Shown here: piece by piece, positions 1 through 8,714 of the stretch
Numbering within the stretch: position 1 is the first letter of the stretch
Layout of the letters: the number at the start of each line of letters is the position of its first letter
Source: a virus
Taxonomy: Duplodnaviria > Caudoviricetes
Reading direction: 5' to 3' (one strand)
Virus record (IMG/VR): IMGVR_UViG_3300017978_000040
Coordinates: 1-24,914 of that record
Length of the DNA: 24,914 bases
Notes under the pieces: generated by a model
What the model saw: the letters and a program-made list of their open reading frames with translations, nothing else
Told to the model about the DNA's origin: nothing
Databases searched by the model: none
Program-made: the position numbers and the translations under genes

Positions 1-330
1 ACTGGACTTAGCTATCAATTCTATAATAAAGGATTAGTACGCAAGACTTCTGATAATACAGATCAGCCACAGATGCAAGACTTGCTAGACATCTCTGCAA
101 GGTATCGCAAGAGAGCTGAGTTTTATGCGGAGCGCATGGTTAAGTTCTTGAAGCAGAACGCAGCGCAAGGTAAATACAATTTATATTTGAATCCAGGTTC
201 TGGACTAGATGCAATTCATCCAGATAATTCTGCATATTCTACGACTATTTATTTAGGCGATTGCGAAGGATGCGGAAGCGGTTTATCATTCGAAGAAAAG
301 TATCAAGGTCAAACTGGTTTCTGTTGCTAA
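1..330 (+). CDS. 5'-truncated virion protein, probable head-tail adaptor/connector
   Basis: Frame 1 is open from base 1 (TGLSYQFYNKGLVRKTSDN...), so the track's ATG at 73 is internal. It sits upstream of a tail-terminator-like gene and the tail fibre. Function is inferred from context. Confidence 0.5.
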   Translation, partial: TGLSYQFYNKGLVRKTSDNTDQPQMQDLLDISARYRKRAEFYAERMVKFLKQNAAQGKYNLYLNPGSGLDAIHPDNSAYSTTIYLGDCEGCGSGLSFEEKYQGQTGFCC

Positions 331-331
331 T

Positions 332-466
332 ATGCCGAAAGATTATAGTAGAAAAAACATTGAAAAACTGAAGATTTATTTAAGTCAAAATGGCGATAAA
401 ACAACTAACATTAAATCAGACAGTCAAGCTGATAAGGGACATAGCACAAAGCCACGACCAAATTAA
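332..466 (+). CDS. Small 44-aa hypothetical protein (MPKDYSRKNIEKLKIYLSQ...)
   Basis: ATG at 332, one base after the previous stop; TAA at 464-466. Below the ORF-track cutoff and overlaps the next gene. Confidence 0.4.
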   Translation: MPKDYSRKNIEKLKIYLSQNGDKTTNIKSDSQADKGHSTKPRPN

Positions 467-848
467 TACGGTCTATTTTGGCGATGTGTGGGAGTTTTTA
501 GCACAAGCTGATAATGTTTATCCAGCTATGTTTTATTCGCTTACTGGAAGCCAAATAAACGGCAAATCTTTAGACTTAAACTTTAGCTTATTCTTCTTAG
601 ATAGACAACTTCAAGACGAAAGTAATGAAACTGAAGTGCTTTCTGATCAATTGCTAATAGCTCAAGATATAGTTTCTATGCTTCGCTTCCCAAAATTTGA
701 TTGGGAGATTGGCGATAGTGTATCTTTAGAATTTTTTACAGAGAATGAGAAGGACTATTTAGCTGGTGTTAAGGCTGATATAGTAGTTAGCTTCCCTATG
801 CTTTCAAATAGATGTCAAGTTCCAAGCGATTTTAATTATCCAAATTAA
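390..848 (+). CDS. Probable tail terminator/neck protein
   Basis: 152-aa acidic alpha/beta protein with YPAMF and FFLDR segments, located between the adaptor and the tail fibre. Confidence 0.5.
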   Translation: MAIKQLTLNQTVKLIRDIAQSHDQINTVYFGDVWEFLAQADNVYPAMFYSLTGSQINGKSLDLNFSLFFLDRQLQDESNETEVLSDQLLIAQDIVSMLRFPKFDWEIGDSVSLEFFTENEKDYLAGVKADIVVSFPMLSNRCQVPSDFNYPN

Positions 849-3031
849 TGGCAAATAAAAAAATAAACCAATTAGTAGCTAAGACTACCATTTTAAGTAC
901 GGACTTATTTCCGTTAGGCGATGGCACTACTGGCCAATTGTTTAAAAAGACTATTGCCGAATTACAAGCTGCAATCGGTGGCGCGGTAATTTCAGTAAAC
1001 GGATTAGTAGGTACGGTAGTACTTGATACAGATGACATCCAAGAACTAGCTTCGCCAACGAATAGATATTTCACAGAGGCTAGAGCAAGAGCTGCAATAA
1101 GCTTAACGACTACTGGTAGCTCAGGAGCTTCTACTTATTCTTCTTCTACTGGAGTTTTAAACGTACCTACTTATACCTTAGCGGGACTTGGTGGTATTAG
1201 TGCAAGCTTCTTGAGCGGAGGCACTGGTATTACTTACAACTCAGGTACTGGAGTAATTTCTTATTCAGGAACGGTTTATACGGATACTTCTGTAAGAGCA
1301 TTAGTAAGCGCTGGAGCTGGACTTTCTTACAACTCTTCGACTGGAGTATTTAGCTATTCTGGAACGGTTTACACAGATGCAAGCATTCGCGCTTTAATCT
1401 CTTTGACTACTAATGGATCAAGCGGAGCTTCAACTTATAACAATACGACTGGAGTTTTAAATGTTCCGACTTATACGCTTGCAGGATTAGGCGGTATTTC
1501 TTTGACTTCATTAAGCGGAACTGCGCCAATTACATACAATAGTTCTACTGGGGCAATTGGTATCACACAAGCAACTACTTCAACAGATGGATATTTAAGC
1601 GCAACAGATTGGAATACATTTAACGGCAAGCAATCAGCTCTAACGCTAGGCAACGTATCGGAAGTAGTTAGTAATGTTTTGATGTTTCCAGATGGAGGCA
1701 CGAATAAGACTATCGGCAACTTAACTATTCAGGTAGTTCAAGCTGGTTCTACGACTAACGGATTTTTAAGTACTACGGATTGGAATACTTTTAACAATAA
1801 GCAGAACACTATTACCCTTACGACTACTGGAACTTCTGGTAATGCAACGTTTAGTTCTAATACCTTAAATATACCAAATTACGGAACTGCATTAAGTGGA
1901 TATTTACCATTAACTGGAGGTACATTAACTGGAGCATTAGGAGGTACAAGTGCAAGTTTTTCTAGTACGATTACGGCTACAAATAGTTCAGTAGGATTTG
2001 CAATTAATGCAACAAGTGCCTATACGAGTTCTGCTGCAAACAATCCTATAATAACATTTGGTAGATCAGGAAGTGCGGTAGCTGGTGCAATTGGATACGA
2101 TGATAATTTAGGTTCTTTATATATTGGAACTACGACTAATCATAATTTTTTAATTAAAACAAATAATAGTACTAGGGTTACTGTTACTTCCGCAGGCAAC
2201 GTAGGTATTGGAACGACTTCGCCTGCTGCTGCTATACATATTAACGGAGCTGCATTACCGATGGTAGTAGCATCTACAAGTGCAACAGAATTATATTGCG
2301 AATATAGATATAATACTACTTCTGTACTTGGTTATATTGGCAATGGAGCTGGAATAGTTTTAAGTGGCGGCAGCTCAACAGATTTTGGAATTAGAGCACA
2401 AAATAATTTAGTATTTACTTCAGGAGGAGGAACCGAACGTATGCGGATTACTTCTGCTGGAGCAGTTTATATCAATAGGGCATTATTTGATTCTGACTTT
2501 TTATCAAATGAAACAAGTAAAGTAGGAATTTCATTTAGTGGTGGTTACGGTCAAATTAATGCTTGGGGCGCTAATACTTCTACTTATGGAGGAATAAAAT
2601 TCCAACTTAGTTTATCTAACGGAGGTACTTTTAATTCTGTAATTTTAGCACCTAGTGGAAATATTTTAATGGGTACTTCTACCGATAACGGAGAACGCTT
2701 ATACGTTTCTGGTTCAATCCGCGCTACTGGTTCAATTACTGCAAACTCAGATGTTCGCCTAAAGAAAAACATAGAGCGCATCGAAAACGCTTTGCAAAAA
2801 GTAAGCGAAATTTCAGGCTATACTTATAATACTATCTACGACGAAGACAGACACGCTGGAGTAATTGCTCAAGAGATTGACAAAGTTTTACCTGAGATTG
2901 TAAACAAAGGCAACGATGGTCTTATGGGTGTTGAATACGGAAACATTTCTGCGTTATTAATTGAGGCGATTAAGGATTTAAAAGTACAAAACGATTCTTT
3001 ACAAGCAAGATTATCAGCTTTAGAAAAATAG
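848..3031 (+). CDS. Tail fibre with C-terminal intramolecular chaperone (peptidase S74)
   Basis: G/S/T-rich with internal repeats, GNVGIGTTSP and ERMRITSAG fibre motifs. The C-terminus SDVRLKKNI...GVIAQE...YGNISALLIEAIKDL plus coiled coil (from ~2747) is typical of S74. Confidence 0.9.
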   Translation: MANKKINQLVAKTTILSTDLFPLGDGTTGQLFKKTIAELQAAIGGAVISVNGLVGTVVLDTDDIQELASPTNRYFTEARARAAISLTTTGSSGASTYSSSTGVLNVPTYTLAGLGGISASFLSGGTGITYNSGTGVISYSGTVYTDTSVRALVSAGAGLSYNSSTGVFSYSGTVYTDASIRALISLTTNGSSGASTYNNTTGVLNVPTYTLAGLGGISLTSLSGTAPITYNSSTGAIGITQATTSTDGYLSATDWNTFNGKQSALTLGNVSEVVSNVLMFPDGGTNKTIGNLTIQVVQAGSTTNGFLSTTDWNTFNNKQNTITLTTTGTSGNATFSSNTLNIPNYGTALSGYLPLTGGTLTGALGGTSASFSSTITATNSSVGFAINATSAYTSSAANNPIITFGRSGSAVAGAIGYDDNLGSLYIGTTTNHNFLIKTNNSTRVTVTSAGNVGIGTTSPAAAIHINGAALPMVVASTSATELYCEYRYNTTSVLGYIGNGAGIVLSGGSSTDFGIRAQNNLVFTSGGGTERMRITSAGAVYINRALFDSDFLSNETSKVGISFSGGYGQINAWGANTSTYGGIKFQLSLSNGGTFNSVILAPSGNILMGTSTDNGERLYVSGSIRATGSITANSDVRLKKNIERIENALQKVSEISGYTYNTIYDEDRHAGVIAQEIDKVLPEIVNKGNDGLMGVEYGNISALLIEAIKDLKVQNDSLQARLSALEK
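1081..1520 (+). repeat. Intragenic duplicated modules in the tail fibre
   Basis: ISLTTxGSSGASTYxxxTGVLNVPTYTLAGLGGIS occurs twice (~1090-1200 and ~1390-1500). YNSxTGVxSYSGTVYTDxSxRAL also occurs twice. DWNTFNxKQ repeats further downstream. The copies differ at synonymous sites. Confidence 0.85.
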
Positions 3032-3032
3032 T

Positions 3033-5186
3033 ATGGCTTTACAGAGTGCGGGCGAAATGTCCTTCGCAGATGTGTACAATGAAATAACGGGGGAATCTTT
3101 ATTCAATCCCCCTATTTCTATTACTTTGGCCGAGCTTGGACAATTACAAAATATATCTGGGCAGACTATCCCATTAAACCAAAATTCGCCTTATAAGCCA
3201 GATGGCATTTTGCCTACGGTTTTCCCTGATGAATGGTATAGATACTGTCAAACTTGCGGAGTGCCTAAGCCATTCCTTCAAATTACCAAGCAAGCTAGTA
3301 CAACTGCCAACGCTGGCGAGTTCTTCAATTACTTTTTAACCGTTACAAATAACGGAGAAGCCTCTACAAGTGGTAATATTACCATTTACGATACTATTCC
3401 AAACAATATAATCATAAGCTCCGTAACTGGTAGCGACATGACTTATACGGTAGTAAATCAGAATGTAACTATTACCTATACTGGTTCTTTAGGAGTAGGC
3501 CAGTCTGCATCGTTCTACATTATCATTAAGACTTTCTATTCGGGAACTTATTACAATCAAGCATCTTGCGTAGGCGGAGGCGATAATACTATTCGCTATT
3601 CTAATACGACTGCTACAACAGTAGCAACTGCAAGCTATACTGCTACAAAGACAGAGCGAAGAGATAGAACGCTTCAGCGTAATAACTGCGGAGATTTTGG
3701 AACTGGATCATTTGTTCAAGTTTGGAGTCCTTATTTCACTAATACTTACACTAGCTTTATTAGCCAAGCAGATGCTGATGCTCAAGCGACTAATCTATCT
3801 GTAACGCAAGCCAATAACTGGTTAGATGCAAACGCGCAAGCGGTGGCAAATAGCGAAGGGAGTTGTGGATTTGTTTATCCAACTGGGGAAGTAATTATAA
3901 GCGGACAGTCTACTTCTTCTAGAGCTACAAATTTTAATATACTTATAACAGTTAAAACAAATACTGCGCCTACTACTGGAACTGTAACTATTAATTTCCC
4001 TTTACCTAATGGCATTATTTACAAAGATGTATTTAATGTCCCATCTGGATGGTTTATTAACAGAACAGATACTATGATTACCATGTTTAGAAGTGCTTCT
4101 TTTGAACCTGGTTACAATCAAGGTATTGGCTTAATTTTAAGCTCAACTGCAACTGGTAGCTACAACTTTAATGCAGTAATGTCTGGAGGTGGATTTGCAG
4201 CAAATATTAACTCAAATAACTTTAGCCATACAGTAACAGTTCCAGCAGTTTATTCGCTTACTGCAATAGCTGAAAATCAAGACTTTACTTATGGAGGTAA
4301 TGGCTTAGACTTGCCTTTACCTTATCCAGGTTCAAACTATGCAGTTCCAACTGATAGAGCTTATTATACTGCAATCTTAGATATATCATTTGGACATACT
4401 GCTTCAGATGCAATAAACTTTTTAGCTTACTTGCCAGCTCATTATCCTGGTTCTGAAATCAAATGTATTTTAGATACTAATTACTGGCAGTTTGCTTATA
4501 GCGCTCCAGCTGGTGCAGTACAAATTACGCAAAAAGGAGTAGTTCCAATTGGACAATATTATTTTAGATTCTATATTGATATGCCAATAGATTACTATTT
4601 GGCTTCAACAGATACAAATCCTAGCGGACTTAGAGTAAAAGATACTTTTCAATTAGTAGACTTTATTCAAAGCGCATCGTTCTATTTAAAGGTAAATAAT
4701 TACCCTTTTCAACAAAGATATACTGCAATAAGATGGGCGGCTAACTATGGCGTTCAATTAAGTTATAAATTTGAAAGAGTTCCTAATAATCCAAATAATT
4801 TAAATTTAATTTTACGAAATTATCGAACTACGACAGATGTTCAAATTAATTTTAACGGAGTTGCTGATACTAATGCGCATTTTTTAAGAACTATTTATTA
4901 CTTAGATCCAGCAAGAGGGACTGGGGAAGTAATGCCAGATTATGGTAGCAACTATTACCTATATTATGTAAACTCGGGATTTCCAAACTATCAAAACTTG
5001 CAGTATTTTGTAATTCAAATAAAGACAGATTTGTATCAAAATGGTCAAGAAATTAGACAAGCAGTAACTAAGACGGGACTCTTTGAGTATACTGTACAAA
5101 GCTTAGTTCCTAATCCTAAGTTATTATTTGGCGAGATGCTTATATATGTAAAAGCAGATGGCACATACGATTTTGGAAATGTTTAA
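3033..5186 (+). CDS. Putative tail adhesin/receptor-binding protein with DUF11 Ig-like and DUF5977-like domains
   Basis: N-terminus MALQSAGEMSFADVYNE resembles fibre-tip attachment modules. LQITKQAS...YFLTVTNNG...ITIYDTIP is DUF11-like; RNNC...GS...SFISQADADAQA...QAVANSEGSC is DUF5977-like. Confidence 0.65.
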   Translation: MALQSAGEMSFADVYNEITGESLFNPPISITLAELGQLQNISGQTIPLNQNSPYKPDGILPTVFPDEWYRYCQTCGVPKPFLQITKQASTTANAGEFFNYFLTVTNNGEASTSGNITIYDTIPNNIIISSVTGSDMTYTVVNQNVTITYTGSLGVGQSASFYIIIKTFYSGTYYNQASCVGGGDNTIRYSNTTATTVATASYTATKTERRDRTLQRNNCGDFGTGSFVQVWSPYFTNTYTSFISQADADAQATNLSVTQANNWLDANAQAVANSEGSCGFVYPTGEVIISGQSTSSRATNFNILITVKTNTAPTTGTVTINFPLPNGIIYKDVFNVPSGWFINRTDTMITMFRSASFEPGYNQGIGLILSSTATGSYNFNAVMSGGGFAANINSNNFSHTVTVPAVYSLTAIAENQDFTYGGNGLDLPLPYPGSNYAVPTDRAYYTAILDISFGHTASDAINFLAYLPAHYPGSEIKCILDTNYWQFAYSAPAGAVQITQKGVVPIGQYYFRFYIDMPIDYYLASTDTNPSGLRVKDTFQLVDFIQSASFYLKVNNYPFQQRYTAIRWAANYGVQLSYKFERVPNNPNNLNLILRNYRTTTDVQINFNGVADTNAHFLRTIYYLDPARGTGEVMPDYGSNYYLYYVNSGFPNYQNLQYFVIQIKTDLYQNGQEIRQAVTKTGLFEYTVQSLVPNPKLLFGEMLIYVKADGTYDFGNV

Positions 5187-5237
5187 TTGAAAGAAATATA
5201 ATTTTGCTATTTATTAGAGAACCAAACAACTAACAGA

Positions 5238-5507
5238 ATGAAATTAGATTTTAACTTTGACTTTTTAGGTCTAGACGAGGTAGCTTTTGAAGGTGGTAAT
5301 GCAGGGAAAATGCTATCTGGAGCTTTAGCAGGAGCAAGCAAAGGCGATGCTTTAAAGTTCTGGGATTGGGCAAAGAAATTATTTAAAGGCGAGGTTTTAG
5401 ATTTAGATAAGTCTGACCAAGAAACTTTAAAGACATTTATTAAGGATTCAGAAAGCTTTACTGTTTTGGCTAAAGCTCAACTATTAGAAGTATTTATAAA
5501 AGACTAA
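5238..5507 (+). CDS. Hypothetical protein, possibly a tail-fibre accessory/chaperone
   Basis: 89-aa ORF with an A-rich translation start, directly after the fibre genes. Confidence 0.5.
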   Translation: MKLDFNFDFLGLDEVAFEGGNAGKMLSGALAGASKGDALKFWDWAKKLFKGEVLDLDKSDQETLKTFIKDSESFTVLAKAQLLEVFIKD

Positions 5508-5508
5508 T

Positions 5509-5799
5509 ATGATTGTATTCATCGTTCCAGTTAAAGGAGTAAGAGAGATTGCAGATCGTGTTGAATTAAACGTAATTAACTACGCTTTAAATCAGCCCTA
5601 TCAAAACTTATACTTCTGTTTAAAGTCTCAATTCAATCCACAAATTGAAGAAGGAAATCTTATTATTCCAGAGGCAGTAGTAGCTCAATGGGGAGTAGAC
5701 GATTCAATCATTATTGATTGGGCGCTAGAAACTCTTGGCTTAACAGAAAGAGAAGGAGAGCTTACTCCAGAAGAACAATCACAAGTAGGCCATTTGTAA
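5509..5799 (+). CDS. Hypothetical protein, possibly tail-fibre associated
   Basis: 96-aa acidic ORF with a WGVDDSIIIDW segment, in the same operon. Confidence 0.5.
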   Translation: MIVFIVPVKGVREIADRVELNVINYALNQPYQNLYFCLKSQFNPQIEEGNLIIPEAVVAQWGVDDSIIIDWALETLGLTEREGELTPEEQSQVGHL

Positions 5800-5802
5800 G
5801 AT

Positions 5803-6132
5803 ATGAACTTCGATTTTGAGAACGTAATTTTTCCTGCGATTATATCTGGATTCACTGGACTCTTCGGCTGGTTAGTTGGCAAAAATAAAGAGAAGGTAGA
5901 AATTCAAGGTAGCGAGATTACCAACGTACAAGAGGCGATTAAGATTTGGCGAGAGATGGCAACAGATATGAAAGCGGAAGTAGCGGAGCTAAAAGAGAAG
6001 ATTGAATTACTAACGACTGAAGTGCATACGCTTCGTACAGAAAACGTAGAGCTTCGTCAAAAACTAGAAGGTCAACCGAATGAAAATAAGCGCAACCGGA
6101 GCAAAGGGAATAAGCCTGATCAAACAGTTTGA
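5803..6132 (+). CDS. Holin-like membrane protein (one TM segment plus coiled coil)
   Basis: N-terminal hydrophobic segment VIFPAIISGFTGLFGWLVG, then heptad repeats; immediately upstream of the endolysin. Confidence 0.55.
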   Translation: MNFDFENVIFPAIISGFTGLFGWLVGKNKEKVEIQGSEITNVQEAIKIWREMATDMKAEVAELKEKIELLTTEVHTLRTENVELRQKLEGQPNENKRNRSKGNKPDQTV

Positions 6133-6535
6133 GGGATTTCTTTCTAAGCCATATAAATGCCCAGCAGGCATTCCTACAATTGGCTACGGAGCTACCTACT
6201 ATCCAAACGGCTTAAAGGTTACAATGAGCGATAAAGCAATCACAGAAGGCCAAGCCTCCACGATGCTTATGAATATGCTAAGAACTTATGAAAAATCGGT
6301 GGACTCGTTTTGTCGTGATGACATTAATCAAAACCAATTTGATGCGCTGGTGGCATTCGCTTATAATGTGGGCGTCAATGCTTTAAAGAATAGCACTTTA
6401 CTAAAGAAAGTAAACAAGAATCCTCAAGACGTTACAATTCGTAACGAGTTCTTAAAATGGAATAAGGCAAACGGCAGAGCTTTGAAGGGATTGACTAATC
6501 GCAGAATAGCAGAAGCTAACTTATATGAATCTTGA
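6080..6535 (+). CDS. Endolysin, GH24 phage lysozyme
   Basis: IKQFEG...KCPAGIPTIGYG gives the E-x8-C-x5-T triad; also QNQFDALVAFAYNVG and GLTNRRIAEANLY. Confidence 0.95.
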   Translation: MKISATGAKGISLIKQFEGFLSKPYKCPAGIPTIGYGATYYPNGLKVTMSDKAITEGQASTMLMNMLRTYEKSVDSFCRDDINQNQFDALVAFAYNVGVNALKNSTLLKKVNKNPQDVTIRNEFLKWNKANGRALKGLTNRRIAEANLYES

Positions 6536-6773
6536 TCAATACACTAATGTAATAAAGGCGGTAACATGGTTACTGCTTTTGTTTTTTGTGGCCATAGTTT
6601 ACAAGGATTGCACAAAAAAGCAGACGAATATTCAGCCAAAATCTACATTAATTCAGACCAATGAAATCAAATCAGAAATTCTTAAACTCGATTCCATTAC
6701 TTATCGGATTCCTTATGCTTACTCAGATAGCGAAAGGACAAATTTTTTACGGAACTACTCCAAATTTCGGTAA
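6525..6773 (+). CDS. Membrane protein in the lysis cassette (spanin-like candidate)
   Basis: N-terminal TM segment AVTWLLLLFFVAIVY; follows the endolysin. Confidence 0.45.
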   Translation: MNLDQYTNVIKAVTWLLLLFFVAIVYKDCTKKQTNIQPKSTLIQTNEIKSEILKLDSITYRIPYAYSDSERTNFLRNYSKFR

Positions 6774-7029
6774 GACTATTAGCATTCCAGTAACGCTAAT
6801 GGATACTATTATGCACGACCTGCAAGAGCGCAAAGTATTGCTAAAGAAAGATTCGCTTTCTAAGGCTTATATTTCGATTCTAAGCGAAGATAATGGCAAT
6901 AGGCAAACAAAGATATACGAGCAAGAAAAAACTATCCTTATATTGCAAAAGAAAAAAGCTAGAAATGGCTGGCAAAGAAACTTCTTTATTTTGTCAACTA
7001 TCTTTTTGGGCTATTTATGTATAAGATAG
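6661..7029 (+). CDS. Exported/membrane protein in the lysis cassette (spanin-like candidate)
   Basis: Signal-like N-terminus, coiled-coil middle and hydrophobic C-terminus. Overlaps the previous ORF by 113 nt. Confidence 0.45.
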   Translation: MKSNQKFLNSIPLLIGFLMLTQIAKGQIFYGTTPNFGKTISIPVTLMDTIMHDLQERKVLLKKDSLSKAYISILSEDNGNRQTKIYEQEKTILILQKKKARNGWQRNFFILSTIFLGYLCIR

Positions 7030-7217
7030 AAATCGAACCGGTGGGCAAAAACCAAGAAAACGAGCTGACTACTATTAAAATGCTTGGCACTATGCTAGAC
7101 ATTTTAGAAACTATCAATACTATGGACGATGGTACATTTGTTTTAAAGATGAAGCTATCAAATAACATTGAGTTTCTAGTAGATCAATTAATGGAAGAAT
7201 ATGATCGAAGTAAATAA
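7017..7217 (+). CDS. Hypothetical protein
   Basis: 66-aa ORF overlapping both neighbours in operon fashion. Confidence 0.5.
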   Translation: MYKIEIEPVGKNQENELTTIKMLGTMLDILETINTMDDGTFVLKMKLSNNIEFLVDQLMEEYDRSK

Positions 7218-8355
7218 AGGAACTCAAGAGGTAAGTCTAGAAGCTTTCGAGCTTTATAAGTCTGGGCAGTTCGAAACTCAAGGTAAAATTGTTCGGCACT
7301 TGCTTAACATTTATCCACATATCAACAAGGAGCTTCTTAGGATTGCTTTACTTCGTAGAGTTCAAAGATACAAGCGCCAGAACTTTCATCCAGCTTTAGC
7401 TACCGAATGCGAGCAAGTTGGTCTACCATTAGAGAACGTTTCCAACTACTGGTTCAAAGGCAAGCAGTATTCGATTCATGTTAAAGGAGAGAAAGGCAAA
7501 ACCTACGAGGAGATTAGGGACGAGATAGTTCAATCGATGAACGAGCATTCTCCTAAGTACGAAACGATAATCCGTAGTAATATTGTTGACGGCCATTTGT
7601 TGGTGGTAGATCCTGCGGACATTCACATCGGCAAGCTTGCAACTTCATTCGAAACTGGGGAAGATTATAATTCGCAAATAGCAGTTCAACGAGTACTGGA
7701 AGGAGTAAGAGGCGTAATTCAAAAAGCTTCTGGCTTTAATATTGACAAGGTTCTTTTCATTGGGGGTAACGACATCCTTCACATTGATACGCCTAAGCGC
7801 CAAACGACTAGCGGAACTCCTCAAGATACGGACGGCATGTGGTACGAAAGTTTCCTTATAGCGAAACAATTGTATGTTGATGTAATTGAATTGCTTATGC
7901 AAATTGCAGACGTTCATTTTGTTTTCAATCCTTCGAACCACGACTATACAAACGGATTCTTCTTGGCTGATGTTATTCAAAGCTGGTTTAGAAATTCGCC
8001 TAATATTACTTTTGATTGTTCAATAGCTCATAGAAAGTATTTTATCTACGGAAGTAATCTAATCGGCACAACGCATGGCGACGCAGCGAAGCAGTCTGAT
8101 TTAGGTTTATTGATGGCTAGTGAAGCTAAGAAAGATTGGGGAAATACAAATCATAGATATTTCTACACGCATCATGTACACCATAAGACTTCGAAAGATT
8201 TAATCGGTTTAACTATTGAGTCTCTTAGATCGCCAAGCGGAGCAGACTCCTGGCATCATAGAAACGGATATGGCGTAGGGGGCGTAAAGGCAGTAGAAGG
8301 ATTTATACATCATAAAGAATTTGGCCAGGTCGCACGTTTATCCCATATTTTATAA
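7201..8355 (+). CDS. Calcineurin-like metallophosphoesterase with an N-terminal extension
   Basis: Motifs DIHIG, GNDILH, SNHD, HGD and HHVHH appear in canonical order. Confidence 0.8.
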   Translation: MIEVNKGTQEVSLEAFELYKSGQFETQGKIVRHLLNIYPHINKELLRIALLRRVQRYKRQNFHPALATECEQVGLPLENVSNYWFKGKQYSIHVKGEKGKTYEEIRDEIVQSMNEHSPKYETIIRSNIVDGHLLVVDPADIHIGKLATSFETGEDYNSQIAVQRVLEGVRGVIQKASGFNIDKVLFIGGNDILHIDTPKRQTTSGTPQDTDGMWYESFLIAKQLYVDVIELLMQIADVHFVFNPSNHDYTNGFFLADVIQSWFRNSPNITFDCSIAHRKYFIYGSNLIGTTHGDAAKQSDLGLLMASEAKKDWGNTNHRYFYTHHVHHKTSKDLIGLTIESLRSPSGADSWHHRNGYGVGGVKAVEGFIHHKEFGQVARLSHIL

Positions 8356-8363
8356 TATATTTG
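8356..8363 (+). promoter_or_regulatory. Bacteroidota -7 promoter element (TATATTTG) driving the putative sRNA
   Basis: Exact match to TAnnTTTG directly after the phosphoesterase stop. No clear -33 TTTG. Confidence 0.65.
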
Positions 8364-8365
8364 CA

Positions 8366-8482
8366 GAGTAAGAAGTAATTATTTGCTTACCATAAGAACA
8401 GCACTTAGTTCGTTTTTCATAATTGATATAGGTTTAGAGTTTCCTTAGAAAGCCATTGGATTTTATCTAGTGGCTTTTTTGT
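8366..8482 (+). ncRNA. Putative antisense small RNA (~115 nt)
   Basis: Bounded by a -7 element and an intrinsic terminator, with no + strand ATG ORF. Has a 5' hairpin GTAAG(8368-72)/CTTAC(8386-90). Segment 8412-8436 is complementary to 8578-8600. Confidence 0.6.
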
Positions 8483-8483
8483 T
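8449..8483 (+). terminator. Rho-independent terminator
   Basis: AGCCATTGGA(8451-60)/TCTAGTGGCT(8466-75) form a 10-bp stem with two G-U pairs, followed by TTTTTGTT. Confidence 0.85.
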
Positions 8484-8541
8484 GCCTTAAAAATAATTGT
8501 AAAAAATATTAAAAAAAGTTTTTTTATTTAAATTAAGGTTG

Positions 8542-8549
8542 TATCTTTG
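8542..8549 (+). promoter_or_regulatory. Bacteroidota -7 promoter element (TATCTTTG) for the early operon
   Basis: Exact TAnnTTTG preceded by a very AT-rich tract (8487-8535), ~43 nt upstream of the ATG at 8592. Confidence 0.7.
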
Positions 8550-8591
8550 ACACATCGAAAGCAACAAAGCAATCGAATAAACCTTATCAAA

Positions 8592-8714
8592 ATGAAAAAC
8601 ATTATCACACTTTTAGTAGGAGATTTCAGCAAGGCTGACATTCTTCCTTTAGCTATCCAAGTAGCTTACTTAGCTTTAGCAATCTCAATCGTTTCAATTA
8701 TCGAAAAGCTATGA
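8592..8714 (+). CDS. 40-aa hydrophobic peptide, first early gene (MKNIITLLVGDFSKADILPLAIQVAYLALAISIVSIIEKL)
   Basis: Translated by hand. A-rich start context, one predicted TM helix, and a stop overlapping the next ATG (ATGA at 8711-8714). Not in the ORF track. Confidence 0.7.
   Translation: MKNIITLLVGDFSKADILPLAIQVAYLALAISIVSIIEKL

Noticed and set aside
1081-1800. Tail-fibre repeats as a possible DGR template/variable pair or CRISPR-like array
   Set aside because: Differences are mostly synonymous and not adenine-specific, no reverse transcriptase is present, and there is no repeat-spacer structure.
6128-6180. Cys in place of the catalytic Asp in the lysozyme triad
   Set aside because: E-x8-C-x5-T is a known active variant in GH24 enzymes.
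8379-8420. Minus-strand 13-codon ORF MKNELSAVLMVSK with a good start context
   Set aside because: No minus-strand TAnnTTTG promoter was found, and the flanking promoter and terminator point in the + direction. The start-like context is better explained as the antisense seed. Not fully excluded.
8555-8576. Two AAAGCA cores just after the early promoter, resembling the iterons
   Set aside because: Short 6-mers with different spacing (8 nt); AAAGCA is frequent in this A-rich strand.
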